From: an uncultured virus (IMG/VR IMGVR_UViG_3300007514_000623)
Lineage: Duplodnaviria > Heunggongvirae > Uroviricota > Caudoviricetes
Strand: one strand, 5' to 3'
IMG/VR virus record: IMGVR_UViG_3300007514_000623
Length of the DNA: 64,000 nt
The translations under genes and the position numbers were made by a program. Position 1 is the first letter of the stretch, and every line of letters begins with the position of its first letter. Of the stretch, positions 34,515-44,358 are shown piece by piece. Below the pieces are notes generated by a model. That model worked only from the letters and a program-made list of their open reading frames with translations. It ran no database searches and was not told where the DNA came from.

Positions 34515-35894
34515 ATGGCACAGTTTAAATTTTATTTAGAGAGAGCTGCTACAGAAGATCGGCCTGCAGAAAAAGATGTTTTAACTTATGATAACATGAC
34601 CTCTCAAATGTGGATGCAAAATGGTGATATCTGTTTACCTCAAGATTTGTTTAATGATTGGGATGAGCTTGAAGCATGGAAGATGAATGCTGGTAAAGGA
34701 AACCTAAAGAAAATAAAAATCAACTTGGGATTAAAATGTAATTACTCTTGTGATTATTGTTCACAGAGATTTGTTCCAAGAAATAAAGACGATCATTTGG
34801 ACACATCAGATTTTTATAGTATATCTGATGCAGAGATCGAAGAATATGTTAACAAGTTTGACAGCATAAGCATAGATAAAGAACCCCACTTTGAGTTATG
34901 GGGTGGTGAACCATTTTTATATTGGAAAACAATGAAACCTTTAATTGAAAGGTTACATGAAAAATGGCCAGAATCTACTTATAGTGTTATTACTAATGGT
35001 TCAATGTTTACAGATGAAATTATAGATTTCATTGTTAAACATAATATACAAATTTCTGTTTCACATGATGGGCCAGGACAACCAACTAGAGGGCCTGATC
35101 CATTTGATGATCCAGAAAAAGCAAAGATGATTCAGAAACTAAAAAACAAATTAGCACCTAATGGTAAGATGTCTTTTAATTCTATGATTCATAAAGACAA
35201 TCCAAGTAGGGCTGAAGTTCAAAGATATTTTCGCAACAAAGTAGGAAATATGCCTATTGGAGAAGGTGGTACAGTAGATGCATATGATGAAGGTGGATTA
35301 AATAATTCTTGGCGTACCGAAGAAGAACATTTAGAGTATAGAAGAAATGCTTTTTCAGAAATTGTTACAGGAAAAGCACCAAACTTTATTATCATAAGAC
35401 AAAAGATTGATAATTGGGTTAAATCACTAAGAGGACAAAGACCTGCTGAAGCATTAAATCAAAAGTGTGGTATGGATGATCCTCAAACTATGGCAGTTGA
35501 TATGAATGGTAATATAACAACTTGTCAAAATGTTACAGCATCATCAACCAATAGTGCTGGAATAAGTCATAAGATTGGAAATCTTGATGAAGGGGATGAA
35601 GGTCTTTCAAAAATCAAGATCAATCCAGGCACACATTGGTCTGATAGAAAAGAATGTGGTGATTGTCCTGTATTACAATTATGTCATGGGTCTTGTTTAT
35701 TTCTTGCACCCGATTCAGAGTATTGGGATATATCTTGTAACAATGCTTTTAGTGATAATGTAGTTTGGTTAGCAGCTGCATTATATGAGTTGTCAAATGG
35801 AATGGTACTTTATAAAATCGAAGGCCCACAAAGGGAATCTAGACAAGATATATTTGGATTTGAGGCGATAGAAAATGCAAGTAACAATAACTAA
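34515..35894 (+). CDS. Radical SAM enzyme with SPASM domain (peptide/protein maturase-like)
   Basis: CNYSCDYC (CxxxCxxC), WGGEP, ITNG, SHDG; SPASM: KCG...D..G....C...C..C.....C.G.C...C. Confidence 0.93.
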   Translation: MAQFKFYLERAATEDRPAEKDVLTYDNMTSQMWMQNGDICLPQDLFNDWDELEAWKMNAGKGNLKKIKINLGLKCNYSCDYCSQRFVPRNKDDHLDTSDFYSISDAEIEEYVNKFDSISIDKEPHFELWGGEPFLYWKTMKPLIERLHEKWPESTYSVITNGSMFTDEIIDFIVKHNIQISVSHDGPGQPTRGPDPFDDPEKAKMIQKLKNKLAPNGKMSFNSMIHKDNPSRAEVQRYFRNKVGNMPIGEGGTVDAYDEGGLNNSWRTEEEHLEYRRNAFSEIVTGKAPNFIIIRQKIDNWVKSLRGQRPAEALNQKCGMDDPQTMAVDMNGNITTCQNVTASSTNSAGISHKIGNLDEGDEGLSKIKINPGTHWSDRKECGDCPVLQLCHGSCLFLAPDSEYWDISCNNAFSDNVVWLAAALYELSNGMVLYKIEGPQRESRQDIFGFEAIENASNNN

Positions 35895-36777
35895 AAAAGA
35901 TTCTTTCAAATCTTGGATTGAAAAAACAAATTTAATCTCTGAAAATATTGGGGATTTAGATGATTTGAATACTACAAATAAAAGTAATATTGTTAATCCA
36001 ATCAATGAAACATTAGGAACACTTCAAGGTGAATTGCAAAATGTTGTAGAAGATACTAACCCTGCTTTGGGTGGCCATTTAGACTTGAATAGTTTTAAGA
36101 TTACTGGGAATGGCAATATATCTATTATTGGTACAATGGATGTTACAAGTATTGTTGGTTCAACATTAGGATTCACTCAACTGTTGACAGACGAATCTGA
36201 TAAAATAGCAACAACAGCATATACAGGTGCAAAGGTAAGTGCTGTCGCTCCATCCGTTACATTTTCGGGTGATATATCAGGTGCTCCGCTTAGTAATCAA
36301 ATTGAACCAAATGTAGTTGGTTTAACTGAATTAGATACAACCTTTTTTGATTCAGGTGGTCTTTTATTTGTCTCAACTCAAGGTAATGGGCAATTAAAGT
36401 TTATAAATACAGATAGTGTAGGTGCGATTGGTGGCGGTGATATCTCTGGTTCTATTGACTACCTAGAGATTAATCAAGGAGTAATAAACGTCGCTGAACT
36501 TGATTTAGCAGATAGTTCAGTAGGACATATTGCGACTACGGATGGTGTGGGTGTAATTAATTTTAGACCTTCCGTGATAATTGATACGTTAACGCCCAAT
36601 ATCGGAGATCACACGTTTTTAGTTAATTATAATATTGGTAAAATAGTGGTTTATATGAACGGCATTAAGTTGGTTAATGGGGTTGATTTTACAGCAACCA
36701 ATGGAACTCAGGTAGTGCTAACGCCTGCGGTTTCAACAAATAATACGACTCTTGAGTTTCAAAGATATTGTGTTTAA
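35875..36777 (+). CDS. Fibre/baseplate-associated structural protein (paralogue of 30176-31048)
   Basis: DSF..W..KTN, VEDT.P.LGG.LDLN, VYMNG.KL..G.DFTA.NGT. Confidence 0.7.
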   Translation: MQVTITKKDSFKSWIEKTNLISENIGDLDDLNTTNKSNIVNPINETLGTLQGELQNVVEDTNPALGGHLDLNSFKITGNGNISIIGTMDVTSIVGSTLGFTQLLTDESDKIATTAYTGAKVSAVAPSVTFSGDISGAPLSNQIEPNVVGLTELDTTFFDSGGLLFVSTQGNGQLKFINTDSVGAIGGGDISGSIDYLEINQGVINVAELDLADSSVGHIATTDGVGVINFRPSVIIDTLTPNIGDHTFLVNYNIGKIVVYMNGIKLVNGVDFTATNGTQVVLTPAVSTNNTTLEFQRYCV

Positions 36778-36842
36778 GTATTAAGGAATGAGTAGTCAAA
36801 TAAATCTAATAATAACTTTATAGAAATAAGGAAACACGCCAA

Positions 36843-37169
36843 ATGGGTACAAACACATTTAAAAATGCACAAGCAGCATCTGTTACAAGTGTTACAACGG
36901 TTTATGCAGCTCCCGCTGGTAAATCATCAATCGTATTGGAATTGGACGTAGCTAATACATCTGGCAGTACAGCATCTATTGACGTAATAGTTATAGATAG
37001 TTCTGGTGGAACATCTGCATATCTTGTTAAAGGTACAAACGTATTAGCTGGTTCATCTATGAAAATAGTATCTGGACAAAAAATTGTTTTGGATGGTAGT
37101 GATTCAATTACGGTTACATCTGACCAAACAGTAGATGTTATGTGTTCAGTTCTTGAAGATGTTAATTAA
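36843..37169 (+). CDS. Conserved small virion-region protein (M.NTFKN type)
   Basis: NTFKN, Y..P.......L..AN, KIVL...D.I.V, D...S.LE. Confidence 0.7.
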   Translation: MGTNTFKNAQAASVTSVTTVYAAPAGKSSIVLELDVANTSGSTASIDVIVIDSSGGTSAYLVKGTNVLAGSSMKIVSGQKIVLDGSDSITVTSDQTVDVMCSVLEDVN

Positions 37170-37223
37170 TACAATTCAGTAATTTAAATTTACATAATAC
37201 TTTCATAGAAAAGGAAAATAAAT

Positions 37224-37481
37224 ATGTCATCAACAACAGATTTTATGGGAACGCAACCATCTGGTGTGAGGAGCATGATCGTTACACCTACAGCGAACCA
37301 GACGGTATTTAGTATAACATATACACCCAATAGGTTGTTCGTGTTTCTCAATGGTATTAAGTTAATAAGTGGTACAGATTATACTGCAACAAACGGAACG
37401 AGCGTTACTTTTACTACTGGTGTGCAAACATCAGATAGAGTTGAATTTAATTGTTTCGATCTATGGGATGCTGACGTATAA
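37224..37481 (+). CDS. Small structural protein, stand-alone version of the V.LNG.KL...DYTATNGT domain
   Basis: Matches the C-terminal domains of 30176-31048 and 35875-36777. Confidence 0.7.
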   Translation: MSSTTDFMGTQPSGVRSMIVTPTANQTVFSITYTPNRLFVFLNGIKLISGTDYTATNGTSVTFTTGVQTSDRVEFNCFDLWDADV

Positions 37482-37534
37482 TCAATTATATATTAACTAA
37501 CACATCAACAACATTACAATAGGGGAAACGACGA

Positions 37535-40039
37535 ATGGCTGCAATATCTGAATCACTAAGGATGATAGCCGGTGAGCAAAAACCAAGTAATTTGACTTTC
37601 TCACGGGCATCACAAGGTACAAGAGTAAATAAAATTGGACACATTGAAACCATGGCAACGGATGAAGTTCGTATGGACTATTATCCTTCCATGAGTTTGG
37701 TTGGTGTTCGCAGAGGTTATTTGTTAGAAGAAGCTTCTACAAATATGCTTTTACAATCATCAGATTTTTCTACAACATGGGCAGTTGATACAGCTGCTAC
37801 CTTAACAAACTTAGGTGGTATGTCTGCAAATGGTACAGATTTCATGTCGCCTGACGGTTTGAAAACTGGTGATTATCTTAACGCTGCTTCAACTGGTACT
37901 GGTATCGTAGCAGCAAGACAAACAGGATTGACTTTTACAAACGGAACAAAATATACAGTTTCAGTTTGGGCTAGAAAATCATTAGGTTATGATTATCTTG
38001 AAATATCTAATCTTGATAATGATGCCGCTGGACGTACATTCGCAAAAACATTTAATCTTTCTACTGGTGCGGTTGGAACAGCTGGTAACGGTGCAGATGC
38101 TTCTGGAATGGACGAATATTCTGGTGGATGGTATCGCTGTTGGGTAACTTTTACTGCTGATGCTTCTTCAGCTGGTGAAATTTATTTCAAAGCAAGAAAT
38201 GATGATGATATTTCTACGACTTCAGCACATACTGCTGGTAATAAGATTCATCTTTGGGGTGCTCAATGTGAAGCACTTGCATACATGACTTCTTATGTTC
38301 CAACAACTACATCTACAGTTGCAAGAGCTGCTGACGTTGCTTTGATTTCTGCTACGGATGATGCATGGAACTGGAACGCTGGTGTTTCTATGTGGTGTGA
38401 TTATGTTCCTTTGAACACTACTGAAACAGTAACACCAATTTTTCATTATGCTGATTCTACTAATGCAAACTACATGACATTGTTGAGTGATGGTAAAGTT
38501 AGAGTTGTATCTAACTCCGAATCTCAATTAGCAAGTGATCCTTTTGATGCTGGTATTGGTTTAGTATCAAAGACACAATATCGTGGTTTGATGTCAATGA
38601 AGATTAATCATTTCCATTATTCATCTAATGGTGTTTTGTCTGCAAATCTTCCAGATACATCAATTACAGTACCTTTGAAAACTGGTAGTTCTAATTATTC
38701 TGCTAAGTTCTTTCATGGTACAGGATATGCTAACTCAGGTAGTGGTTGGTTGAAGGGTTTTGAGATTTATCCTCAAGCACTTGCTACAATCGATATGCAA
38801 AATCGTTCTATTGAAGTTAATACTGATCTTTCTACAATTCAGATTTCTTCATCTGGTACGGTTTCAGATAATACTGTTAGTGAATCTAAGTTAATGGCTG
38901 GTTCAGTTACAGAAACTAAGATTGGTGCTAGTGCGGTAACGGAAGGTAAACTTGCTGATGGAGCAGTTACTGGAAATAAATTAGGTAATGACTCTATTGC
39001 ACAAAACCATATCCAAGATAATGCAATTCAAAACGAACACATCTTAGATAATGCAATTACATCTAGTAAGATTGCCTTTGATGTTATCGTTGCTGATGAT
39101 ATTGCTAATAATGCAATTACAGTTGCAGAATTGAGTAATGATGCAGTTGAAACTGCTAAGATCAAAGACTTGAATGTTACAAGAGCAAAACTTGCTAATG
39201 ATGTTATTGATGGAACTAAAATTGCTGATGATGCAGTTGATAGTGAACATTTAGCTGCTGGTGGTATCGACGCTGAACATATAGCTAACGACGCTGTTGA
39301 TTCTCAACATTATGCTGCTGGTTCTATCGACGCTGAACATATAGCTAACGACGCTGTTGATTCTCAACATTATGCTGATGGTTCTATCGACACAGCTCAC
39401 ATTGGCGATCTTCAAGTTACAGTTGACAAGGTTGGAAGTAATGCAATCACAACTGCTAAGATTGTTGACTTGAATGTTACAAATGCTAAGTTGGCTGCTG
39501 ATTCAGTAACAACTGCTAAGATAGTAGATGGTAATATTACATCAGCTAAGATTGCTGCTGGACAGATCAATGCTTCTCATATTGCTGATGGTACTGTTGT
39601 TGAAGCAGAACTTGCTGACAATTCAGTAACCGCTAACAAACTTGCTGATGATTCAGTTGATACAGCTGCAATCGTTGATGCGAATGTTACGGAAGCAAAA
39701 ATTGCTGATGGTGCAGTTACAAATGCTAAGTTGGGTGCAAACTCAATTACATCTGATAAGATCGCACTTGACATTATCGTTGCTGAAGACTTAGCAGCTA
39801 ATAGTGTTACATTTGCAGAGATTCAAGATGGTGCAGTAAGACTTGCTAAGATTCAAGATGGTGCTGTTGATGGTACTAAGATTGAATTGACAGGTAATGC
39901 ACATGGCGACATTATGTACTATGATGGAACTGATTGGGTAAGACTCGAAGCTGTAGAAAGTTGTTATTTACAGTCTAACGGTGCTGGTGCAGCTCCTTCA
40001 TGGGTAAGTAGTTCTACTTTAGCAATCGCTCTAGGTTAA
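37535..40039 (+). CDS. Head-spike/fibre-like protein with long D.AVT..KI repeat shaft
   Basis: TF.RAS..T.....G.I, G.L.EE..TN.L..S, GWYRC, WGAQ.E....TSY.PT...V.RAAD, then many 10-residue repeats. Confidence 0.75.
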   Translation: MAAISESLRMIAGEQKPSNLTFSRASQGTRVNKIGHIETMATDEVRMDYYPSMSLVGVRRGYLLEEASTNMLLQSSDFSTTWAVDTAATLTNLGGMSANGTDFMSPDGLKTGDYLNAASTGTGIVAARQTGLTFTNGTKYTVSVWARKSLGYDYLEISNLDNDAAGRTFAKTFNLSTGAVGTAGNGADASGMDEYSGGWYRCWVTFTADASSAGEIYFKARNDDDISTTSAHTAGNKIHLWGAQCEALAYMTSYVPTTTSTVARAADVALISATDDAWNWNAGVSMWCDYVPLNTTETVTPIFHYADSTNANYMTLLSDGKVRVVSNSESQLASDPFDAGIGLVSKTQYRGLMSMKINHFHYSSNGVLSANLPDTSITVPLKTGSSNYSAKFFHGTGYANSGSGWLKGFEIYPQALATIDMQNRSIEVNTDLSTIQISSSGTVSDNTVSESKLMAGSVTETKIGASAVTEGKLADGAVTGNKLGNDSIAQNHIQDNAIQNEHILDNAITSSKIAFDVIVADDIANNAITVAELSNDAVETAKIKDLNVTRAKLANDVIDGTKIADDAVDSEHLAAGGIDAEHIANDAVDSQHYAAGSIDAEHIANDAVDSQHYADGSIDTAHIGDLQVTVDKVGSNAITTAKIVDLNVTNAKLAADSVTTAKIVDGNITSAKIAAGQINASHIADGTVVEAELADNSVTANKLADDSVDTAAIVDANVTEAKIADGAVTNAKLGANSITSDKIALDIIVAEDLAANSVTFAEIQDGAVRLAKIQDGAVDGTKIELTGNAHGDIMYYDGTDWVRLEAVESCYLQSNGAGAAPSWVSSSTLAIALG
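39265..39391 (+). repeat. Near-perfect 60-bp tandem duplication within the fibre gene
   Basis: 39265-39331 equals 39325-39391 except for one base. Confidence 0.9.
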
Positions 40040-40063
40040 TTTTTTCTTAAAGGAGTATAAACA

Positions 40064-40405
40064 ATGCCAATGAATAGAAATGATTATTTGTTATTATCAA
40101 CTCAAGGTGAGAAATATGCAAAAGAAAAGTTAACTTTTTTAACAGCTGAAGATAACTTTACTGGTGAATTGATTTGGGAAAAATCAACTATTGAATATAG
40201 TTGGAATCCCTTTGGTAAATTAATTAAAAAACCGGCTAGGATACTCCCCAATGGGAGTATCCTTGAGCATAAAAAACATTACCATGGCTGGTTTGGTATG
40301 TTAAATTGCACAGATGAATTTTATGAAAAACATAAAGAAGTCCTTGACGAATTCATTACTACTGATAAATTTTTTAGTAGAAAATGGTTGCCAAAGACTT
40401 TATAA
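40064..40405 (+). CDS. Hypothetical protein
   Basis: AAGGAG SD; aromatic-rich ORF. Confidence 0.65.
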   Translation: MPMNRNDYLLLSTQGEKYAKEKLTFLTAEDNFTGELIWEKSTIEYSWNPFGKLIKKPARILPNGSILEHKKHYHGWFGMLNCTDEFYEKHKEVLDEFITTDKFFSRKWLPKTL

Positions 40406-40408
40406 ATA
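40401..40408 (+). promoter_or_regulatory. T4-type late promoter TATAAATA
   Basis: Exact consensus upstream of 40442. Confidence 0.65.
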
Positions 40409-40441
40409 ATTCAAAAATCTAACAGATTGTAATTTTTTGTT

Positions 40442-42241
40442 ATGACAATAAAGATAAAAATAAAAAGAAGCGAATCTGCCAATTCCGTTCCTACTACTAG
40501 CGAATTAGAAGTAGGTGAAATCTGCATGAATGTCGCAGATCAAAAAATCTATACTAGGAAGTCAGATGATTCAATCGTTACGATTTCTGAAACAAACACA
40601 GGTAAGCCTTCTTTAGAATTGACATCTACGGATGCTGGTTCTACGGAAGGCCCAACCTTAAATTTATATAGAAATTCTTTTTCTCCATTTGACTCTGATG
40701 CTATCGGGAATATAAGGTTTTATGGAGAGAATGATAATACTAATAAAATTGTATATGCGAATATTGTAAGTAAAATAAATGATGCAACTTCTTCAACGGA
40801 AGATGGTGAATTAGAACTTCAAGTTAGAAATGATGGTGCGGTTGAACAAATTGCAACCGTAAAAACGGATGGTTTACATATTGCAAGTGGTAAAGCATTA
40901 AATTTTGCAGATGGAACATCCATGACAACTAAGCCTGGGGATGAATATGGTATTGCCCTAGACGGTCTTTTAGTTAAAAATCCAGATGGTAGTAGTGGTG
41001 GTATTTCGATTGATGGGATATTAACCAAAGCGGGTGCGAATGATGCAATAGGAAAGATTGGTAAGCTACTGGATGATACTTCACCAATGCTTGGTGGCAC
41101 ATTAGATTTAAACAACAATAATATATCTGGTACTGGTACGGTAACTGCAACAAGTTTTCACGGTGATGGATCAGCATTAACAGGGGTTGGAGTTGATCTC
41201 TCTGGTATTCAGGCAGACATTTTAAAATTAGCAATTAGTCAAGCGGTAGATGGTAATAGAGTTGCATTTAGTTTAAATGATTGTTTCATAGATGGCTTTG
41301 AAGATGATACAGGGATAGCTACTGAAACTACAGTTGATCGTGATGTAGATGATGAGTATGTTGCAAGTGTCATACAGAGTTTGGTTGAAACTCCAATAGC
41401 TGCTTCTGATTGGGGTGGGGGAACAAGTGGATATACTTTGACTACTGGTGGTGCAGATCAAACATCAAGTAATTATAGTATCTATACAACCAAAACCTTT
41501 TCGGGTGATTTTACTTTTCAAGCAGATAATAGTTGGACAGGCAATACAACTGGATTTGTTGGTATTTTTGATAACAATGAATTAGGTTCTTTTGGTAGTT
41601 ACCCAAAAGATAGAGGTAACTTAGAAAATATGACGGTAAGTTATCATGCTGATTCATGGTATCCCGGCAGTAACGGAAATCAGGCTTATTATGGGGGGAG
41701 TACACAGGGTAGCACATATCCATCTGTTGCAAACGGCGAGACAATTAAGTTTGAAAGAGTTGGAACAACCATCAAACTTTATATAGGTGGCAACCTGAGA
41801 CATACTTACGCATCTCACCCTTCAAGTGCTACTTTTAGAGGTGCAATAGCAGGACAAGATGCTAGTACGAATATGACAAATATTAAGTGGACAGAAACGC
41901 AAACAACTTGTAATAGTTCAACTGGTACTTTAGTTTCTGTTACACAAACTGCTTCATCAAGTAGAACTTCTCTTTCGGGAGTAGTTGTGTACGAAGATTC
42001 AGAGGGTACAGCTACGTTAGGTACTGATTTAAAGATTTACTTTACTGCTGATAACGGAAGCAACTGGACAGAAGCAAGTAGTTATGGAAATGCGAATACT
42101 TTTACTGGAACTAAAAAAATAGTTTCTTTAGGAAATACAACCGTAACAAGCGGAACGCAAATAGCTTTGAAAGCAGTTTGGGCTAATCAATCAAGTGGAT
42201 CAAAGGAAACTCGACTTCATGGTTGGGCGGTTAACTATTAA
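40442..42241 (+). CDS. Tail fibre/adhesin-like protein
   Basis: IKIKRS.....P....L..GE...N..D..IY N-terminus; DTSP.LGG.LDLN; beta-rich C-terminal region. Confidence 0.7.
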   Translation: MTIKIKIKRSESANSVPTTSELEVGEICMNVADQKIYTRKSDDSIVTISETNTGKPSLELTSTDAGSTEGPTLNLYRNSFSPFDSDAIGNIRFYGENDNTNKIVYANIVSKINDATSSTEDGELELQVRNDGAVEQIATVKTDGLHIASGKALNFADGTSMTTKPGDEYGIALDGLLVKNPDGSSGGISIDGILTKAGANDAIGKIGKLLDDTSPMLGGTLDLNNNNISGTGTVTATSFHGDGSALTGVGVDLSGIQADILKLAISQAVDGNRVAFSLNDCFIDGFEDDTGIATETTVDRDVDDEYVASVIQSLVETPIAASDWGGGTSGYTLTTGGADQTSSNYSIYTTKTFSGDFTFQADNSWTGNTTGFVGIFDNNELGSFGSYPKDRGNLENMTVSYHADSWYPGSNGNQAYYGGSTQGSTYPSVANGETIKFERVGTTIKLYIGGNLRHTYASHPSSATFRGAIAGQDASTNMTNIKWTETQTTCNSSTGTLVSVTQTASSSRTSLSGVVVYEDSEGTATLGTDLKIYFTADNGSNWTEASSYGNANTFTGTKKIVSLGNTTVTSGTQIALKAVWANQSSGSKETRLHGWAVNY

Positions 42242-42252
42242 AGGGATAAAAA

Positions 42253-42597
42253 ATGGCATCAACAATATGGAATCAAGACATTAACGCTGGTGAGAATTGG
42301 AACGCTGAGATTGTTCTTGCATTTTCTACTGGTGCGCCTCGTGATCTTACTGGACATACCTTAGCATCAGGAATAAAGAGACATTACAAATCCGTAGGAC
42401 ATAAAGAAACTATGGGTATAACAGTATTGGATGCGGTCAACGGAAAAATAAAATTTCATTTAACAAATGCACAAACTTCTAATTTAAAATCTGGAAAATA
42501 TTTGTATGATGTAGAATTAACTAATGATGCAACAACAGAAAAAGAAAGAGTAATTGAAGGAACGATAACAGTTAGACCAGAGGTTACAATCACATGA
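42253..42597 (+). CDS. Conserved virion-region protein (DLTG.T...G.Y.YDV type)
   Basis: DLTG.T, G.I...LT..QT..L..G.Y.YDVE, RV.EG...V.P.VT. Confidence 0.75.
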   Translation: MASTIWNQDINAGENWNAEIVLAFSTGAPRDLTGHTLASGIKRHYKSVGHKETMGITVLDAVNGKIKFHLTNAQTSNLKSGKYLYDVELTNDATTEKERVIEGTITVRPEVTIT

Positions 42598-42860
42598 TTA
42601 CGATAATAAGTAACACATCAGGTATTACTTTCTCATCACCTCAAGAAGGCGGTGTACAACTAGACCCTGAGCTTGATGAGACTACTTCAACACTTACTGC
42701 AGCTGAGACACCTATATCTGATATTAATATGGTTGACTTAGCAGACGTTAATCCTACTAGTTTAAATCATAATGACGTATTAGTTTTTGATGCTGTAAAT
42801 GGTAAATTTAAACCTATTGATATAGATGAAATAAACAACAATGATGGTGGTACATTTTAA
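42594..42860 (+). CDS. Small structural protein ending DGGTF
   Basis: DL.DV.......VLV.D.....F repeat unit and C-terminal DGG.F. Confidence 0.65.
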   Translation: MITIISNTSGITFSSPQEGGVQLDPELDETTSTLTAAETPISDINMVDLADVNPTSLNHNDVLVFDAVNGKFKPIDIDEINNNDGGTF

Positions 42861-42986
42861 AAAGTTTTTCAAATGAGGTACATTTTAAACAATGACCAAA
42901 ACAAAGCGAGTATATTGAATTTAATGTTGACAATGCGAGTAAATGACTAAACTCAATTATAATAAAAGTTAAAAAAGGAAACAATA

Positions 42987-44249
42987 ATGGCTAATAACAG
43001 AATTCAAATTAAAAGGAATGACGGGCAAGCGACCCCTTCTGGATTGCTTGCTGGTGAACTTGCATGGTCTGATAATAACGCATCAACAGGCGGTGGTGGA
43101 GCAGCTGGTTATTTGTATATTGGTGATGTTCGCTCTGTAGCGAATGGTGGTACTGCTATACACAAAATCGGTGGCCCAGGTTGGGGTACAGAACTTCTAA
43201 CCGACACAACTCTATTGGGAACTCCCCTGATAACAACTACGCCGGCAGCAGATGATAACTCTCTCAAAATTGCGAGTACAGCGTATGTTGATAGACAGGT
43301 TTCAAATGCAGCTCCTGCTATGAATGATATTTCTGATGCTACCGTAGCTTCAGAAACTGATGCAGATTTGCTCGTATGGAATGATAGTAATTCCGCATGG
43401 GAAAACAAAGCGTTGTCAGGACACGTTGCTATTACTGCAGCTGGTGTTGCAACGGTTTCTAATGTTGCAGATGGTATCGTAACTCTCGGAACAAAGACAT
43501 CTGGTGCTTATGTTTCTACAGTTGCTGCTGGTGATAACATTACTATTACTGGTGCTGGTGGTGAAGGTTCTACACCAAGTATCGCATTGTCAAACAATGT
43601 AACAATCGCTGGTAACTTGACAGTTAGTGGTACAACTACAACAGTTGAATCATCAACCGTTTCTGTTTCTGATCCAGTATTCGTAGTTGGTGGAGATGTT
43701 ATCAACGATACTACTGATCGTGGTATTTCTTTCAAATGGAATGATGACGATTCTACTGCAAATGCAGGCGCTGGTAATACCAAAGAAGGTTTCTTTGGAT
43801 ATGACAAAACAGATGGTAAATTCAAATATATCATGGATGCTAGTAACAGTTCTGAACAGTTTTCTGGCACATTGGGTGATGCTGCTTTCGGAGATATCGA
43901 AGGTACATTGACAACTGCTAGTCAACCAAACATTACTGGTGTTGGTACAATCGCAACTGGTGTGTGGAATGGTACTGCTATTCCTCAAACTCACGGTGGT
44001 ACTGGTGGAGATTCTTCTAGTGCTTCTGGTGTTGCTGTTGTAACTACTGGTAACTGGACGTATGAATCTAATCTGGATGTTGGATTTGGTGGTACTGGTC
44101 TTTCTACCATCGAAGCAAATGCAATCGTTCTTGGTAACGGTGCAGGCAACATGACAGTTGTTTCATCTACAGGTAACAATGGTAAGGTTCTCCGAGTTGA
44201 ATCTGGCGTACCTACATGGTCTGATACAATAGATGCTGGTACTTTCTAA
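42987..44249 (+). CDS. Tail fibre-like protein ending DAGTF
   Basis: IQIKR.......L..GELA, GNLTV.GTTTTV.S..V...D, GGTG repeats. Confidence 0.75.
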   Translation: MANNRIQIKRNDGQATPSGLLAGELAWSDNNASTGGGGAAGYLYIGDVRSVANGGTAIHKIGGPGWGTELLTDTTLLGTPLITTTPAADDNSLKIASTAYVDRQVSNAAPAMNDISDATVASETDADLLVWNDSNSAWENKALSGHVAITAAGVATVSNVADGIVTLGTKTSGAYVSTVAAGDNITITGAGGEGSTPSIALSNNVTIAGNLTVSGTTTTVESSTVSVSDPVFVVGGDVINDTTDRGISFKWNDDDSTANAGAGNTKEGFFGYDKTDGKFKYIMDASNSSEQFSGTLGDAAFGDIEGTLTTASQPNITGVGTIATGVWNGTAIPQTHGGTGGDSSSASGVAVVTTGNWTYESNLDVGFGGTGLSTIEANAIVLGNGAGNMTVVSSTGNNGKVLRVESGVPTWSDTIDAGTF

Positions 44250-44286
44250 TCTTAGTATTTTGAAAGTTCTAAAAGCATTTTGAAAC

Positions 44287-44324
44287 AGAGGGGGATGAGG
44301 CTTAGTCCTTATCCCCCTTTTTTT
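44287..44324 (+). terminator. Intrinsic terminator
   Basis: AGGGGGATGAGG/CCTTATCCCCCT stem plus T run. Confidence 0.85.
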
Positions 44325-44329
44325 CTTTG

Positions 44330-44337
44330 TATAAATA
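44330..44337 (+). promoter_or_regulatory. T4-type late promoter TATAAATA
   Basis: Exact consensus directly after the terminator. Confidence 0.75.
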
Positions 44338-44358
44338 CATTTAAAGATAGGTGTAAAA

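Noticed and set aside
42849..42889. Direct repeat GGTACATTTTAAA x2
   Set aside because: Only two AT-rich 13-mers at a gene end; no supportable function.
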